A stretch of 64,000 bases of DNA from NCBI GenBank assembly GCA_030390025.1, contig CM059432.1:15440001-15504000 (forward strand). The letters are read 5' to 3'. Below are positions 1-11,874 of the stretch, in pieces. The notes beneath the pieces are model-generated. The model saw only the letters and a list, made by a program, of their open reading frames with translations, ran no database searches and was not told the origin of the DNA. Positions within the stretch are counted from its first letter, which is position 1. Every line of letters starts with the position of its first letter. Both the position numbers and the translations under genes were made by a program. Origin of the DNA: Squalus acanthias (Eukaryota).

Positions 1-552
1 TACTTTTAGCACCCCGAAAAAATTAGCGCCCTCGCAGCCGAAATTCATCGGTAGCGCCCCAAGAGGAAAGCGAGTCTCCACTGGAAGCGCCCCGCTCCCC
101 TCTTGGGGCGTGGCGCTGCGGCACGTCACTCTGCGGTACTGCAGGCCTTCCTCCCCTTCTTAAAGGGGAGGGGCCTAGCGCAGCGCGACCCGGGGCCCAG
201 CTGGGCCACCAGGGATCGGAGTGCCGGCAAAAGAGCCCAGCACTCAAGAGAAGTGCCGGGCTCACGGAGCGCAACCGGCACTCTGCGGGGGGTGCTGAAC
301 AGGAGGCCGGGGACGGCAGAGGGGGCAGGTGCTGGCAGGCGGCCAGCAACAAAAATGGCCACCCGGCACCTCGCCTTTAATTAGCGCCGCCCCGGCCACA
401 GGGAGGCCCCCCTGACCCCGTCAGACATAGCGTCCGGCAGTAAGTTGGGGCGCTACCGAAGATCGTGGCCGGGGCGCGAGCGGGGCGCTACACACGGCGA
501 TGACGCTCTTAGGGCGCTAACAGGAGACGCAAAGCAACCAAATTTTTCCCCC
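1..552. mobile_element. GC-rich non-autonomous DNA transposon (PIF/Harbinger-type MITE), left end outside window
   Basis: CpG-rich block ending abruptly in AAATTTTTCCCCC, resembling the right termini of other GGGG..AAATT-ended elements in this window (e.g. 16415-18266). Confidence 0.5.
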
Positions 553-859
553 TATGTCTCTGTGGTTACTGCCAGAAACCAGTACAATTAGGTATCACAG
601 GGAGACAGGATTAAAGGTCAGAAATGACAGCAGGATTTGGAATTATTTTCTTGTAGAAATGTTGCTTTTAAGAGCATGATCCCCAGCATTTGTAACAGAT
701 CAGGAGAACATGTCACAGTGAAGATACATGAGTCAAAACAAATCTGAAGCAGGCATGAGTATGGCCTTTGCCTAATCTTCAAAAGAGAATAACCTCTGAG
801 AATACACTTCACTACGAAACCTTTCCACTGATTGCTAGGCCACTAAACAAAAAAATGTT

Positions 860-990
860 TCAAAAAACGTACTGGAAATCTGAAATACAAACAGAAAGTG
901 CTGGAAACACTCAGCGGGTCTTGCAGAATCTGTGCAGAGGGGAAAGCAGGGTTAACGGTTCAGGTCTCATGACCCCTACGTCAGAGCCCA
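860..990 (-). mobile_element. Degenerate Penelope-type terminal repeat fragment (decayed hammerhead)
   Basis: Similar to copies at 4490, 29461 and 52770; core mutated on the minus strand to CTGACGT...GAACC. Confidence 0.6.
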
Positions 991-1133
991 AGGAATGTTT
1001 CAAATTGCGTCTCTGGAAACAACCAAGTCATTAAAAGGTCAAACCGAGAAGGTATCTTAACGGTTCAAAACCTAACAAAAAAAAATATCCAGTTACAATA
1101 TAAGCATAAACCAATTTGCACCCAACGACCTTC

Positions 1134-1362
1134 TGTCATAAATCGCAACTTCTACAAGAAGTAACTCAGGAAGTACTACTGGGCGGCCAGCTGGGGGCGC
1201 CGTCCGGGGAGTATAAATACTCGGGCGTGGGCCCACCTTGGACAGAGACAATCTGGAAACAGGAAGCTAGTGACTGCTAACTAGACCTCCGTGCTTTGTT
1301 ACACGTCGATTAAAGCCTTGCTTTATGTTCAACCAAGTGCGTAGTGAGTCTTTATTACGTCA
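1134..1362 (+). mobile_element. Solo LTR (229 bp)
   Basis: TG...CA ends (TGTCAT...ACGTCA), exact 5-bp TSD CCTTC (1129-1133 / 1363-1367), internal TATA-like GTATAAATA and polyA-like ATTAAA; homologous to 61462-61688. Confidence 0.85.
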
Positions 1363-1419
1363 CCTTCCTTTTCCCTGCTGGACCGAAAGTGGCCGGCAGC
1401 GGATCAGCCTGCCCGTTTT

Positions 1420-1640
1420 ACACTCCTCCATTGGAAACCTCTCCGCCTCTCTACCTCTCTCTCCTCCTTTAAGACGCTCCTTAAAACCCCACCTCTTTGA
1501 CCAAGCTTTTGGTCACCTGTCCCAATATTTCCTTATGTGGCTCGGTGTCAAATTTTGTTTGATATACGCTCCTGTGAAGCACCTTGGGACGTGTTACGAT
1601 GTTAAAGGAGCTATATAAATGCAAGTTGATGTTGTTGAAA
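1420..1640 (+). mobile_element. L2-type LINE 3' end
   Basis: ...FKTLLKTHLFDQAF-like end, 3'UTR with GTGAAGCACCTTGGGACG...GCTATATAAATGCAAG and (GTT)n tail. Confidence 0.75.
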
Positions 1641-1762
1641 TCTGGCTGGGTGTAAAAAGGGGCACCCAATTCTTCCAGCTTTTTCCTTCCATCAGTAAAA
1701 GGAAAAATTCACCTCAATATGACCCAAAACAGATATAAATCCTTTTTGCGTGGCTGTGCGCG

Positions 1763-2150
1763 CCAATTCTCTCCCTTCCTTTGCTGAAGCTGCTGGCTCT
1801 TGCTGGGATGCGGATTATATGAGTGCTGACAGCTCTCTGGCACCGCGCCCTAGTAACCATTCTTCGTCTGTAATCCCAGTTAGTGAGTGTCAGCAAACTA
1901 TTCGGCTAAAGAGGGCATCAGAGCCAAGCCCAATCCTGTCCTCACTTCACATTGGCCCATGGCCACTTTTTAGCAGGGGGGGGGAGGGGTCATTGGATAG
2001 CATTTAGAAACGGAGATGGCATTTGATTTTCCCCTCTCTACCGCCCAGGAACAGGCTGAGATAAACTGACCAGAGACCGATCACAGACCAAGCTCAGAAC
2101 CTTCTGGTCTCAGTTCCACATCATGAAGCGTAGTTAGCCACTAAGAGACT
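1763..2150 (-). mobile_element. LF-SINE-like SINE
   Basis: Reverse complement matches recalled LF-SINE body (GTGAGGACAGGATTGGGCTTGGCTCTGATGCCCTC...GAATAG..TGCTGACACTCAC...GAAGAATGG). Confidence 0.6.
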
Positions 2151-2949
2151 AAGCCCAAGTTGGAATTCTAAACTCAATATGGTAAAAAAAAATGCCTGTG
2201 AATTCCCCACTGAAAAAGTAATGAGAACTCCTTGAAGTTCTAGGCAAGAAAGAGTTAACACCAATTCTAAAATCCTGGGTCTGCCTCCTAATCTTCATTT
2301 GTGGGATGATTGATATTGTGGTTTGGAATGAGACCACAGGACACTACATTGTAAATATGGTTTCGCTCCATCAATCCAGCTTTGAGCTGTTGGCAAGGCA
2401 TATCTCTCCACTATTGGTTCCACACTTCTTTTTCTGCTGTGGTATTGAGCGGTGTCCAGAAAAAAGAACTTCAAAAAACAAGAAAGAACTTTCTGGAAAC
2501 CCACAATAACAATAATAAATTCCCATTACTCTTCCCAGTCACGACAGTTTTATCCAGAATCATACAGAGAACAACTGTTATGTATTACTCTTTGTTCATA
2601 ACAGTCTGCCATGTTCGTGTTCTTTAAAAATGACTGGGACAGAGTTTCTTGGAAGTACTGCTGCAACTGATGAGACAATAGGACTCCAGACACACATAGA
2701 AGGAAGTGTTTAACTTTTTGGAACATTTAATAAAAGTAGTGAAAATAAATAGATGTACTTACTGCCGAGGTGGCATTTCTATTCACTCGCCCTCAACTGT
2801 GGCCAAAATAAATCTCTGCCACTGTGTCTAAAGTCTATGTCAGTGCACAGTTATTGGCCAGTAAAAATATTCTTTCAGGCACATCAGTGGCAAATACTTT
2901 ACCAACCAGATTGAGAAAAAACAAAACACCTGACCACTATTTAAATGCA

Positions 2950-3480
2950 GTTCCTTATCTGAAAAAGGACATACTTGCCTTCGGGGCGGTGCAACGAAGG
3001 TTCACAAGATTGATCCCTAAGATGAGAGGGTTGTCCTGTGAGAAGAGATTGAGTAGAATGGCCCTATACTCTCTGGAGTTTAGAAGAATGAGAGGTGATC
3101 TCATTGAAACATTTAAGATTCTGAGGGGATTGACAGGGTAGATGCTGAGAGGTTGATTCCCCTGGCTGGAGAGTCTAGAACTAGGGGGCATAGTCTCAGG
3201 ATAAGGGGTAGGCCATTTAAGACTGAGATGAGGAGGAATTTCTTCACTCAGAGGTTTGTGAATCTGTGGAATTCTCTACCCAAAAGGGCTGTGGATACTG
3301 AGTCTTTGAGTATATTTAAGGCTGAGATAGATATATTTTTGGACTCTAGGGGAATCAAGGGATATGGGGATCGGGCGGGAAAGTGGAGTTAAGGTAGAAG
3401 ATCGGCCATGATCTTATTGAATGGTGGGGCAGGCTTGAGGGGCCGTATGGCCTACTCCTGCTCCTAATTCTTATGTTCTT
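2950..3480 (+). mobile_element. CR1 LINE 3' fragment
   Basis: PYLKKDI..VQRRFTRLIP..LEFRRMRGDLIETFKI..TRGHSLRI; 3'UTR hairpin region and (TTCTTATG) tail. Confidence 0.9.
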
Positions 3481-3482
3481 AA

Positions 3483-4005
3483 GGGCTACCTCTGATGGCT
3501 CAGCTAGTAGTGCACTGCCTGGTGTCCAACTCAGTCAAACAAACAAGGTAGGTCCTAGATTCAATCCCCAGTCTGTGCTGAGATAGCCAAGTTTGAAGGT
3601 TGGGGAGCTCTACAACTGGTTTCAATGGGGGTCGTTTTAACTTTAGCCGACGGTTTAAAATGGGCGACATCAGATCAGCTCATGAGCTCAACAGAAATGA
3701 AAATCGGGAGAGATGTATAATGGGCGGCTGATCTGATATTGCCCGTTTTTCACTATCGGCCAAAGTCAAAATTGCCCTGCAATGTCTCTTGTCTAAGTAA
3801 ACCAGAGTTTCTGCTCCTGATCATTATCCAGTGATGTTAGGTTAGAAAAGAACTAAGCTTTGTTATGATGCCTCAATTCCCATAGCCTGCTAACAATCTG
3901 TGTAGATTCACACATGAAGGATTGCCACTTGGGTGAGATATTGGACGGATGCCATCTGTGAAATTGTAATCCAGAGTGAGTCACTGCCTTCAGGAGAGGA
4001 AGGGT
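3483..4005 (+). mobile_element. LF-SINE-like SINE interrupted by a MITE
   Basis: tRNA-like head GATGGCTCAGCT..., GTCTGTGCTGAG, GCTCCTGATCATTATCCAGTGA, CACACATGAAGGA..GCCACTTGGGTGAG, GCCTTCAGGAGAGG tail. Confidence 0.7.
3627..3780. mobile_element. ~150-bp MITE with long imperfect TIRs (Harbinger-type)
   Basis: TTTTAACTTTAGCCGA / TCGGCCAAAGTCAAAA inverted ends, AAT on both flanks; inverted sibling at 24109-24248. Confidence 0.75.
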
Positions 4006-4487
4006 AACATGGACTCAAACTCAGTGAGACAAGACTTCAGGGAATGGGACATTTCCCGTTTGTTACTTACATTGAAATTGTACACATGCTACAAATACTG
4101 CACGGAACAGATCTTCCCCCAGGTGTGTTTCTTTTCTGGTTGTTTTAACTGGTGAGTTTACTCAAAATTTGTTGAATGGACTGGCCATTCTACTCCTGCG
4201 ACAGCCAGGAAAAAGGCTGTTGCAAATGAAGTCTGCTAGGCCAACCTTAGCCACAGCAATTGAGACGAGGCATCAGTTAAAGTTCCTGCTAGTGATGCAA
4301 GCAGTAACCCCGATGTTTATCGCCGTGCAAAGAAGTCAGGCTCTTAAAGAGGATAAATGAATAAATTCGCCCGTGGCATATTTTCGAAAGAGAGGCAGAA
4401 TCAGATAAAGGAAAGTCGCATTTGAGTTAAATCTGACGAACATCTCCGCGTTGTTCAGGTGGTAAGTTAATGGACAATACTATAACA

Positions 4488-4830
4488 CAAAAATACAAAC
4501 AGAAAATGCGGGAAATACTCAGCAGGTCAGGCAGCATCTGTGGAGAGAGAAACAGAGTTAACGTTTCAGGTCGATGACCTTTCGTCAGAACTGGAAAAAG
4601 CTGGAGATCGAACAGGTTCTTAAGCAAGTGCAGGGGCAGGGAGAGGGGGGAGGGGAGGAAAGGACAAAAGGGAAGAGGTCTGTGATAGGATGGAAGGCAG
4701 GAGAGATTAAGAGACATTAAGAGAGATTAAGAGATAGTGCAAGGCAAAGGAGAGGGTAATGAGACAAGTTAAGAAACAAAAGATGGCTCCAGATGAAGTG
4801 TAAATGGCACGATAACACAAATCTCCACCG
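4488..4830 (-). mobile_element. Penelope-type terminal repeat fragment with hammerhead core
   Basis: Same repeat as 52770-52990 in the opposite orientation; contains CTGACGA-stem-GAAAC. Confidence 0.7.
4556..4592 (-). ncRNA. Minimal type I hammerhead ribozyme motif
   Basis: Minus strand AGTT-CTGACGA-A-AGGTC-ATC-GACCT-GAAAC-GTT-AACT: conserved core, stem II AGGTC/GACCT, stem I AGTT/AACT, palindromic AACGTT at stem III. Confidence 0.65.
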
Positions 4831-5607
4831 CCACCACCCTGACGCATCGGCCTAGATTCTCCACTATAAATCAGGTGACGGGCCGGAAAATGGTCCCCGC
4901 CCATTTTTGCATCCATGTGATTTCCCACTAGCAGGAAAGTAATGGGGAATCCCAAATAAAGGGCAGGCATATTGAAATGGTGCGCAAAAAAAAAACATTT
5001 GACGATTTTTTTTTTTCCTGTCATTTGCTCCACGCCAATGCTGGGCGCAATAGATGCTGTTTCGTCGCTGGCCCCCAGCAGTCCTCTGCACAGCAGAGGG
5101 GATGTATTTCAATGTGAAAGGGTGAAAGGCTGAAGCACCTTTTCTGAAGCTCCACTCTGACCTCAAGCAATGCTGGCTCCAGAAGATCGGCTGGGTTCAG
5201 CGGCAAATCCTTTCGACGGATGGAACGCCTGCATCCCACCACCCCCACACACTCTTCTGCTGGTGTCATGGCCGAGCAGAAAATCAACCAGAGCGAGCGG
5301 AGGAATGAAACTAAAAACAGGATTGCACATTAAATCTATCCTATCGTAATCTATTTGCTATATGTAATTAGTTCCTTGAAAATATGTCTCATTGCTTATT
5401 TCTAATTTGCAAGAGAAAAAAAAGCACAGGCTTAATCTTGATCAGATAAATTCGGAAAAATTATAGTTGCATTAATTGATGAGCTAGTCCCCAACGAGAA
5501 TAAATTAACGATTGTTGCCAAAAGAACGAAGAGAGAGAGGTTAGGACCATTTTATTTTCAAGACTTGTTATATATGGAATGCTTTACCAATAACAGTGAT
5601 GGAAAAA

Positions 5608-6010
5608 AAAGAAATACTTGCATTTCTATAGCGCCTTTCACGACCACCAGACATCCCAAAGCGCTTTACAGCCAATGAACTACTTTTGAAGTGGAGTCAC
5701 TGTTGTAATGTGGGGAACGCGGCAGCCAATTTGTGCACAGCAAGCTCCCACAGACAGCAATGCGATAATGGCCAGATAATCTGTTTTTGTTGTGTTGATT
5801 GAGGGATCAATATTGGCCAGGACACCGGGGATAACTCCCCTGCTCTTCTTCGAAATAGTGCCATGGGTTCTTTTATGTCCACCCGAGGGAGCAGATGGGG
5901 TCTCGTTTTAACGTCTTATCCGAAAGACGGCACCTCTGACAGTGCAGCACTCCCTCAGCGCTGCACTGGAGGGTCAGCCTAGCTTTATGTGCTCAAGTCC
6001 CTGGAGTGGT
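5608..6010 (-). mobile_element. DeuSINE (SacSINE1-like), head truncated
   Basis: Deu-domain-like GGATAAGACGTTAAA..CCCATGGCACTATTTCGAAGAAGAGCAGGGG; same family as seven other copies. Confidence 0.8.
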
Positions 6011-6231
6011 GAATCTATAATAGCTTCTGTAAAACGAAATTTTTTAAGGAGTAAGGGGAAGGAGTGCGTGAAGGGGACTGAGTAGATAGTTCTCTCCGAG
6101 AGTTGACTCAGGCACGATGGGCCGAATGGTCTCCTTCTGTGCTGTAATATTCTTTTTTTATTCATTTATGGGATGTGGGCATCGCTGGCAAGGCCAGCAT
6201 TTATTGCCCCTGAGAATTTTACCCTTCTACA

Positions 6232-6550
6232 AGGGTAAAATTCGACTTCAGCAGGGGCGCTAAACGGGTGGTAGCGGATCAGTTTTTTTTCAGTTTATGA
6301 TCCAATTCATTACCCAAAGCGATAAAGGAAAACTGTGCACACAATCCTTTATATCCCCCAGTGTTTCCTTCGATGTGGCTCATCGCAAGTTGATCACAAT
6401 GAGAGTATGAATGACTGATTGGTGCACGCCATAAATGCTTTTTGCGAATTACTGTAAAAATCGGACGGGGTGTAAAACAGGCAGCTGATCCGATTCGGTC
6501 CGTTTCCCGCTGGACAGTTTCGGTTACAGTTTCCCCTCCGAGTCCCAATT
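6232..6550. mobile_element. Degenerate MITE related to the 3627/24109 family
   Basis: GGGTAAAATTCGACTTC start, GCTGATCCGAT...CCGTTT sub-terminal motif; similar start at ~37616. Confidence 0.45.
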
Positions 6551-7879
6551 CCTCATTGCAATGAGGATGGTGAAGTCCAATGGTAAAATTGCATTAAAAA
6601 TGAAGTTGTGACTTTCTTGGCATTGTGACTATGTTGCTGGAAAATTATGGTAATTAGTAGACTTAGTAAGCTGTCAAGACCTTTATTGCCTCGTATGCCT
6701 CAAACAAATGGACTGTGTCGGCACAGAAAAAAGGAAGAGTATTTTTGCATTTAACTGCTTTGACCTGAAAAACGGTCAAAATACATCACAAAATATATAA
6801 ATGTGAGAAGACATTTAAAGGGGGGCATATTTTTTATACTCCGTCTCAGCCATTGAATAAAATGTACAAATTACGTAAAAATACAACTCCCCTCCCAGCC
6901 AATGAATGTCATGCTGTGGGTCACGGCTCTCTATAATTTATGTCAAATATAATATATGCAAATCATTTGCATACGACCTATTCTTTTTGATCCACTGTGG
7001 GGGCGACTAAGTGCAACCCCAGAGAGCTGTCAGAACAAGCAGATGTTATCAGCCTGTGAAAGAAACATGATGGATTAATACACACCACACTGAAACCATC
7101 AGACCAACCCTTTGCCTTCATTTGGAATGCCTCTCTGCTCTTAACACCCTTGTATCAGTAATTAGCAGTGGCAGCATTTCATTTATCCATCAGCTTCCTG
7201 ATGTGGCACTTTCTACTGTACCGCAGACAATAGACAATTATTCAGTGAAATCTCTGGTTAAGTCCACCGACCCATTCGTGGGACTGCTGTTAAGGCCACA
7301 GGTGGCAAAACTGTACCGGCATTTTCACTGACGGCCTAACAACTTAGCTAGGCGACTGTCATTACCTTTTTAATCATATGTTACAGCACAAAGGTGCAAC
7401 AGTGTCAATATGAACGGCACCAGGTAAAACTAGTGCCTAACAGCCAACGACTTGACAACTGGGTTATAGATTTGCACAGATAAAGCCCACTTGTAGCTGC
7501 TTTAAGGTTGTTTTTATAAACCTCAAAAGGACAAGTTGTGGACTTGCATCAGTAAGTACGGAAATTATCTTTAGAGTCAAAAAGTAACGTTCACGCCTTA
7601 TATAGAAGAAATAGCCATTCGCCCTGCGTGAGCTCTGTACATTCAGTTGTGCCTGGTGTAAATGTAAATATGTCTGCTATGTGCTTTTAGGGTACATTTT
7701 TGGCTCCCCAGTAAGATAATTAAATATTTGCACATGGATTGCAAGTTGGAAATATCTGTGCCCATTTTGTCATGCCTCATGGGACGTGTTGGCATCAGAA
7801 AGCTGGTGACTTACAGGAAAAGGCACTAAAAAGCAAACAGGGTAGCAAAGAAATAACAACTTGTGTATTTGTATTTAAG

Positions 7880-8317
7880 GTGTCAGCCTTGGCTCAGTGG
7901 CAGCACTCGCGCCTCTGAGTCGGAAGTTCACGGTTTTCAAGCCCCACTCCAGAGACTTGAGCACACAATTTAGGCTGACACTTCAGTGCAGTTCTGAGAG
8001 AGTGCTGCTCTTTTAGAGGCGTCCAGTTAAGCAAAGGTTATGTCTGCCCTCTCGGGAGGATGTAAAACAATCCCAAGGCACTATTTGAAGAAGAGCAGCA
8101 GAGTTCTCTCGGCGTCTTGGCCAATATTTATCCCTCAACCAACAGCACGTTAAAAAAAAAAGTGTTTCGTCGGTTATCTCATTGCCTGTTTGTGGGACTT
8201 TGCTGTGCACAAATTGGCTGCTGCGTTTCCCTACATTACAAAAGTGACCGTGAAGCGCCTTGGGACAACCTGAGGCTGTGAAAAGGCACAAAGTAAGTGC
8301 AAATTGCTTCTTTCTTT
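7880..8317 (+). mobile_element. DeuSINE (SacSINE1-like)
   Basis: tRNA-like head TGGCTCAGTGG, Deu-like core, L2-like tail. Confidence 0.8.
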
Positions 8318-9009
8318 GATGTACGGAAGCCTGCTTCTTGCCATTCTGCTGTGATTACACAGCAAGACTGCCACATCAGGAAGACATTTGTGTGTTCAAA
8401 AATATCTTGCAAGAATTAAAGCAGGGGGGTGGCACTGATCTTTTTATCTGTACTATTTTGATTGCGATACTTTATTTTCTGACAGCTGCTATAATGACTG
8501 GAATGGAGCCCATGTATTGCCCTCTCTTTTATTGTCACTTGACGCTCACTATCATGTTTTTCTAAAGCTCCAGCTCCTAACAATAGACTCCCATTCTCTG
8601 TGTGGTCTGAGGACGCCACCTGTTTTATTATCAACTCTTGCCAACTGTCACTGTCAAAATCTTCATGCACGTGGACCTTTCCCTCTCATTTCCTTGGTGC
8701 TTGAGGTTATTTTCACATCAAAGACCAAGATGAAACAGCGGAAGGAAGGGGTACTTTTCTTCGCACAATTAATCCTGGTTATTATTATGAAAAGTGCACA
8801 GATCACATAATCAATACAACTGGCATGAGAGCTTCGAGCTTTTGTGCTTTGTGAATGTGCAGTGTGCTCAAATATAATCCTTCATGCTCTTTGTCACTCA
8901 GCACACCTGCAGTGCAGGAGTCACTCAGTGTTCTCCCTCCAAATGGACAATGGCTTATAGACTCCAACACATGTCATGAATAATTAGAGAACGTTAGCTT
9001 TTCTCGGGG

Positions 9010-9290
9010 CCCTAACTATAAGATAGTCATCGGTAAATCCAATAAGGAATTCAGGAGGAAATTCTTTCCCCAGAGAGTGGTTAGAATGCTGAACTCACTA
9101 TCACAAGGAGTAGTTGAGGAGAATAGCATTTAAGGGCAAGCTAGATAAGCACATGAGGGAGAAAGGAATAAAAGTATATGCTGATAGGGTTAGCTGAACA
9201 GGTGCTAGGGGGTTCGTGTGGAGCATAGACGCCAGAATAGACCAGTTGGGCTGAAAGGCCTGTTTCTGTGCTGTAGACTCTATTTAATTC
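9010..9290 (+). mobile_element. CR1 3' fragment (old)
   Basis: RRKFFPQRVVRMLNSL-like end and GGCCTGTTTCTGTGCTGTA tail. Confidence 0.7.
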
Positions 9291-9427
9291 TACAAACTCA
9301 AATAAAGTCACACTTCATGGCAGCACAGCTATAGTGGACTACTCTAATACAAGGGAATCCTTTTATATTGAACTCTTTGCCATGATGCTTCATTACATAA
9401 GGAGTTCACTGATAAAACTGAAACCCT

Positions 9428-9745
9428 CATCCAGACTTGACTATTCCAACGCACTCCTGGCTGGCCTCCCACGTTCTACCCTACGTAAACTTGAGCTCAT
9501 CCAAAACTCGGTTGCCCGTGTCCTAACTCGCACCAAGACCCGTTCACCCATCACCCCTGTGCTCACTGACCTACATTGGTTAAGCAATGCCTCGATTTCA
9601 AAATTCTCACCCTTGTTTTCAAATTTCTCCTTATGTGGCTCGGTGTCAATTTTTTTTTATCTTACAATACTCCTGTGAAGCACCTTGGGACATTTTACTA
9701 CGTTAAAGGCGCTCCATAAATACAATTTGTTGTTGTTATTGTTGT
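9428..9745 (+). mobile_element. L2 LINE 3' fragment with internal deletion
   Basis: SRLDYSNALLAGLP..LIQNSVARVLTRTK..SPITPVLTDLHWL, then 3'UTR and (TTG)n. Confidence 0.85.
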
Positions 9746-9869
9746 ATAGAACATTACTGATTGACAAATTAATGACATTGAGAAAGAGGACTCAGTAAGT
9801 TCATAGAAACTACCTGTACCATAAATTCAACATTCACTCAAAGAGTAATTCCAAGATCTCCTATTCTGG

Positions 9870-10260
9870 AAGACCAGGTGGTTCAGAGGATTAGACTCAG
9901 GCCTTTTATCTCTGAGATCTGGGCTCAAATCCAGCCTCAATGTATCAGCTAAAATTTTCCGATGGAAGAGTCCTCCTGGAGATTAGTTTGGAGAGTCCCA
10001 GGCCACTTCCTGTTGTGTGCGCACAGCACAAAACCGCCCCTAATTTGTACTAAATGAGGGAGGCCATTGGTTGGCTGGTGTGAGAAATACAAAAAATGTC
10101 ACAGTAAGGGATGTTCTTCTGAGGTTGAGGATGAGGATTGTTGTTAGGTCAAGTAAGTGGAGGGTTTACTCTGCATCTGCCCACACTATACTTGATGCTG
10201 ACATTGGGTGCCAAGATGGCAAGTGCTTCATTGCCCAGCATGAACATCTATTGCTTTGAT
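9870..10260 (+). mobile_element. Ancient SINE, AmnSINE2-like
   Basis: tRNA-like head (..CTGGGCTCAAATCCAGCC), CAGCACAAAACC..ACTAA core; sibling at 30180-30560, partial at ~38680-38960. Confidence 0.5.
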
Positions 10261-10262
10261 GA

Positions 10263-10650
10263 GGGGTACTGTGGTGTAGTGGTTATGTTACTTGCCTCAT
10301 GAATCCAGTAGGCCTGGACTAATAATCCATGAACTGTGAGATCTAAATCCCACCATGGCAGTTTGAAAATTTGAATGTAGTTTTTAAAAGCTGGTAAAAG
10401 TGATTATGAAGCTGTTAAGATTGTTATAAATGCCCAACTGGTTCACTAATGTCCTTTCTGGAAGGAAACCTGTTGTCCTTACCTGGTTTGACCGATGTGT
10501 GACTCCAGTCCTGCACCAACATGGTTGACTCTTAACTGCCCTCTGAAGTGGCCTCGCAAGTCACTCTGTTCCATCAAATCAGGGCAGCAAGGGATAAGCG
10601 ATAAATGCCGTCCTTGCCGGCATCACCCACATCCCGAAAATGAATTAAAA
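10263..10650 (+). mobile_element. tRNA-headed SINE sharing 3' tail with the LINE at 47815-50358
   Basis: TGGTGTAGTGG head; tail AGGGAT..ATAAATGCC..CCTTGCC..CCCACATCCC..GAAT matches 50290-50355. Confidence 0.7.
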
Positions 10651-10987
10651 ACATGAAATCTTTTTAAAAAAAAGTACCTTCTAACCCAAAGCAAAATGCT
10701 GCATCCTTTGCTTTTTCAAGTGGCAAGTAAGACATGAAATTAACTACACACATTATAAAAATCAGCGACTGCATCCCAAGACTGTTTCCCATACCTCAGC
10801 TGCAGCAAAAGCTTTCAGTAAGTGGAATAAAAGGTTTATAATATAGCCGTGCTGAGCTTGAGCCCAAACTGACTCAGATGCTGTAGGGTTTATATTGCAG
10901 CTCCTCTTCATGTGGCAGGTGGTATTGCATTACTCATCTGACCGTGCACTGATGTCAGTCCTCACTTAAAACCAGTTGGAGATTACA

Positions 10988-11404
10988 AAGAAAGACTTGC
11001 ATTTATACAGCATCTTTCATGACCTCAGGACCTCCCAAAGTGCTTTACAGCCAATGAAGTACTTTCAAAGTGTAGTCACTGTTGTAATGTAGGAAACGCA
11101 GCAGCCCATTTGTACACAGCAAGCTCCCACAAACAGCAATGTGATAATGACCAGATCATCTGGTCATTTCTGTTATGTTGGTTGAGGACACCAGGGATAA
11201 ACACCCTGCTCTTCTTCGAAATAGTGCCATGAGGATCTTTTACATCCACCTGAGAGAAAGCAGACAGGACCTCGGTTTAACATCTCATCCGAAAGACACT
11301 AGTGTCAGCCTAGGTTTTTGTGCTCAAGTGCCACGGAGTGGGACTTGAACCCACAACCTTCTGACTCAGAGGCACGAGTGCTACCAACTGAGCCACGGCT
11401 GACA
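10988..11404 (-). mobile_element. DeuSINE (SacSINE1-like)
   Basis: Head TGGCTCAGTTGG / GGGTTCAAGTCCC on the minus strand plus Deu-like core. Confidence 0.8.
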
Positions 11405-11874
11405 ATTGCACGAGCCTCGTGACAATCTCTGACTTCACAGCTCACGGCTACACCAAGGCCAAGCACTGGGAGTTCTCCACTTTGATGTAAATCATTCCTC
11501 GTCGCATATACTTGGCTCTCTTGAGGTGAAAAATTTAAGCCTGCAGCTATTACGTCAGCCGGTCCCAAATTTGTGGTGAGGCACTGTCCACTTGTACTTA
11601 GGTGCTAGGCATTGGAAGATTAGTGGTCATTCAGATTTTTATTGTGTGTAAGTAATTTAACCATAAAAAGGTGAATTGATTTATTCAGTACCGTGGTATT
11701 GCGTAGGAATGGAGACACGAATCTAGCACCATGAGTGGGAATTTTCTGTGTTGAAGTTCATGGTTTAGGTGGTTATAAGTGGCCCACTAACATAGCCCAT
11801 TGGTCCTGCAATATGCTGCACCACAAGTTTGATAAGATATAAGGCGTGCCCCCACGTGTTGAGTTCCCACATTC

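Noticed and set aside
23..384. Overlapping GC-rich ORFs and CpG-island-like composition (also 25200-25600, 27600-28200, 40260-40520, 44930-45350)
   Set aside because: Explained by GC-rich MITEs with few stop codons; not promoters or genes
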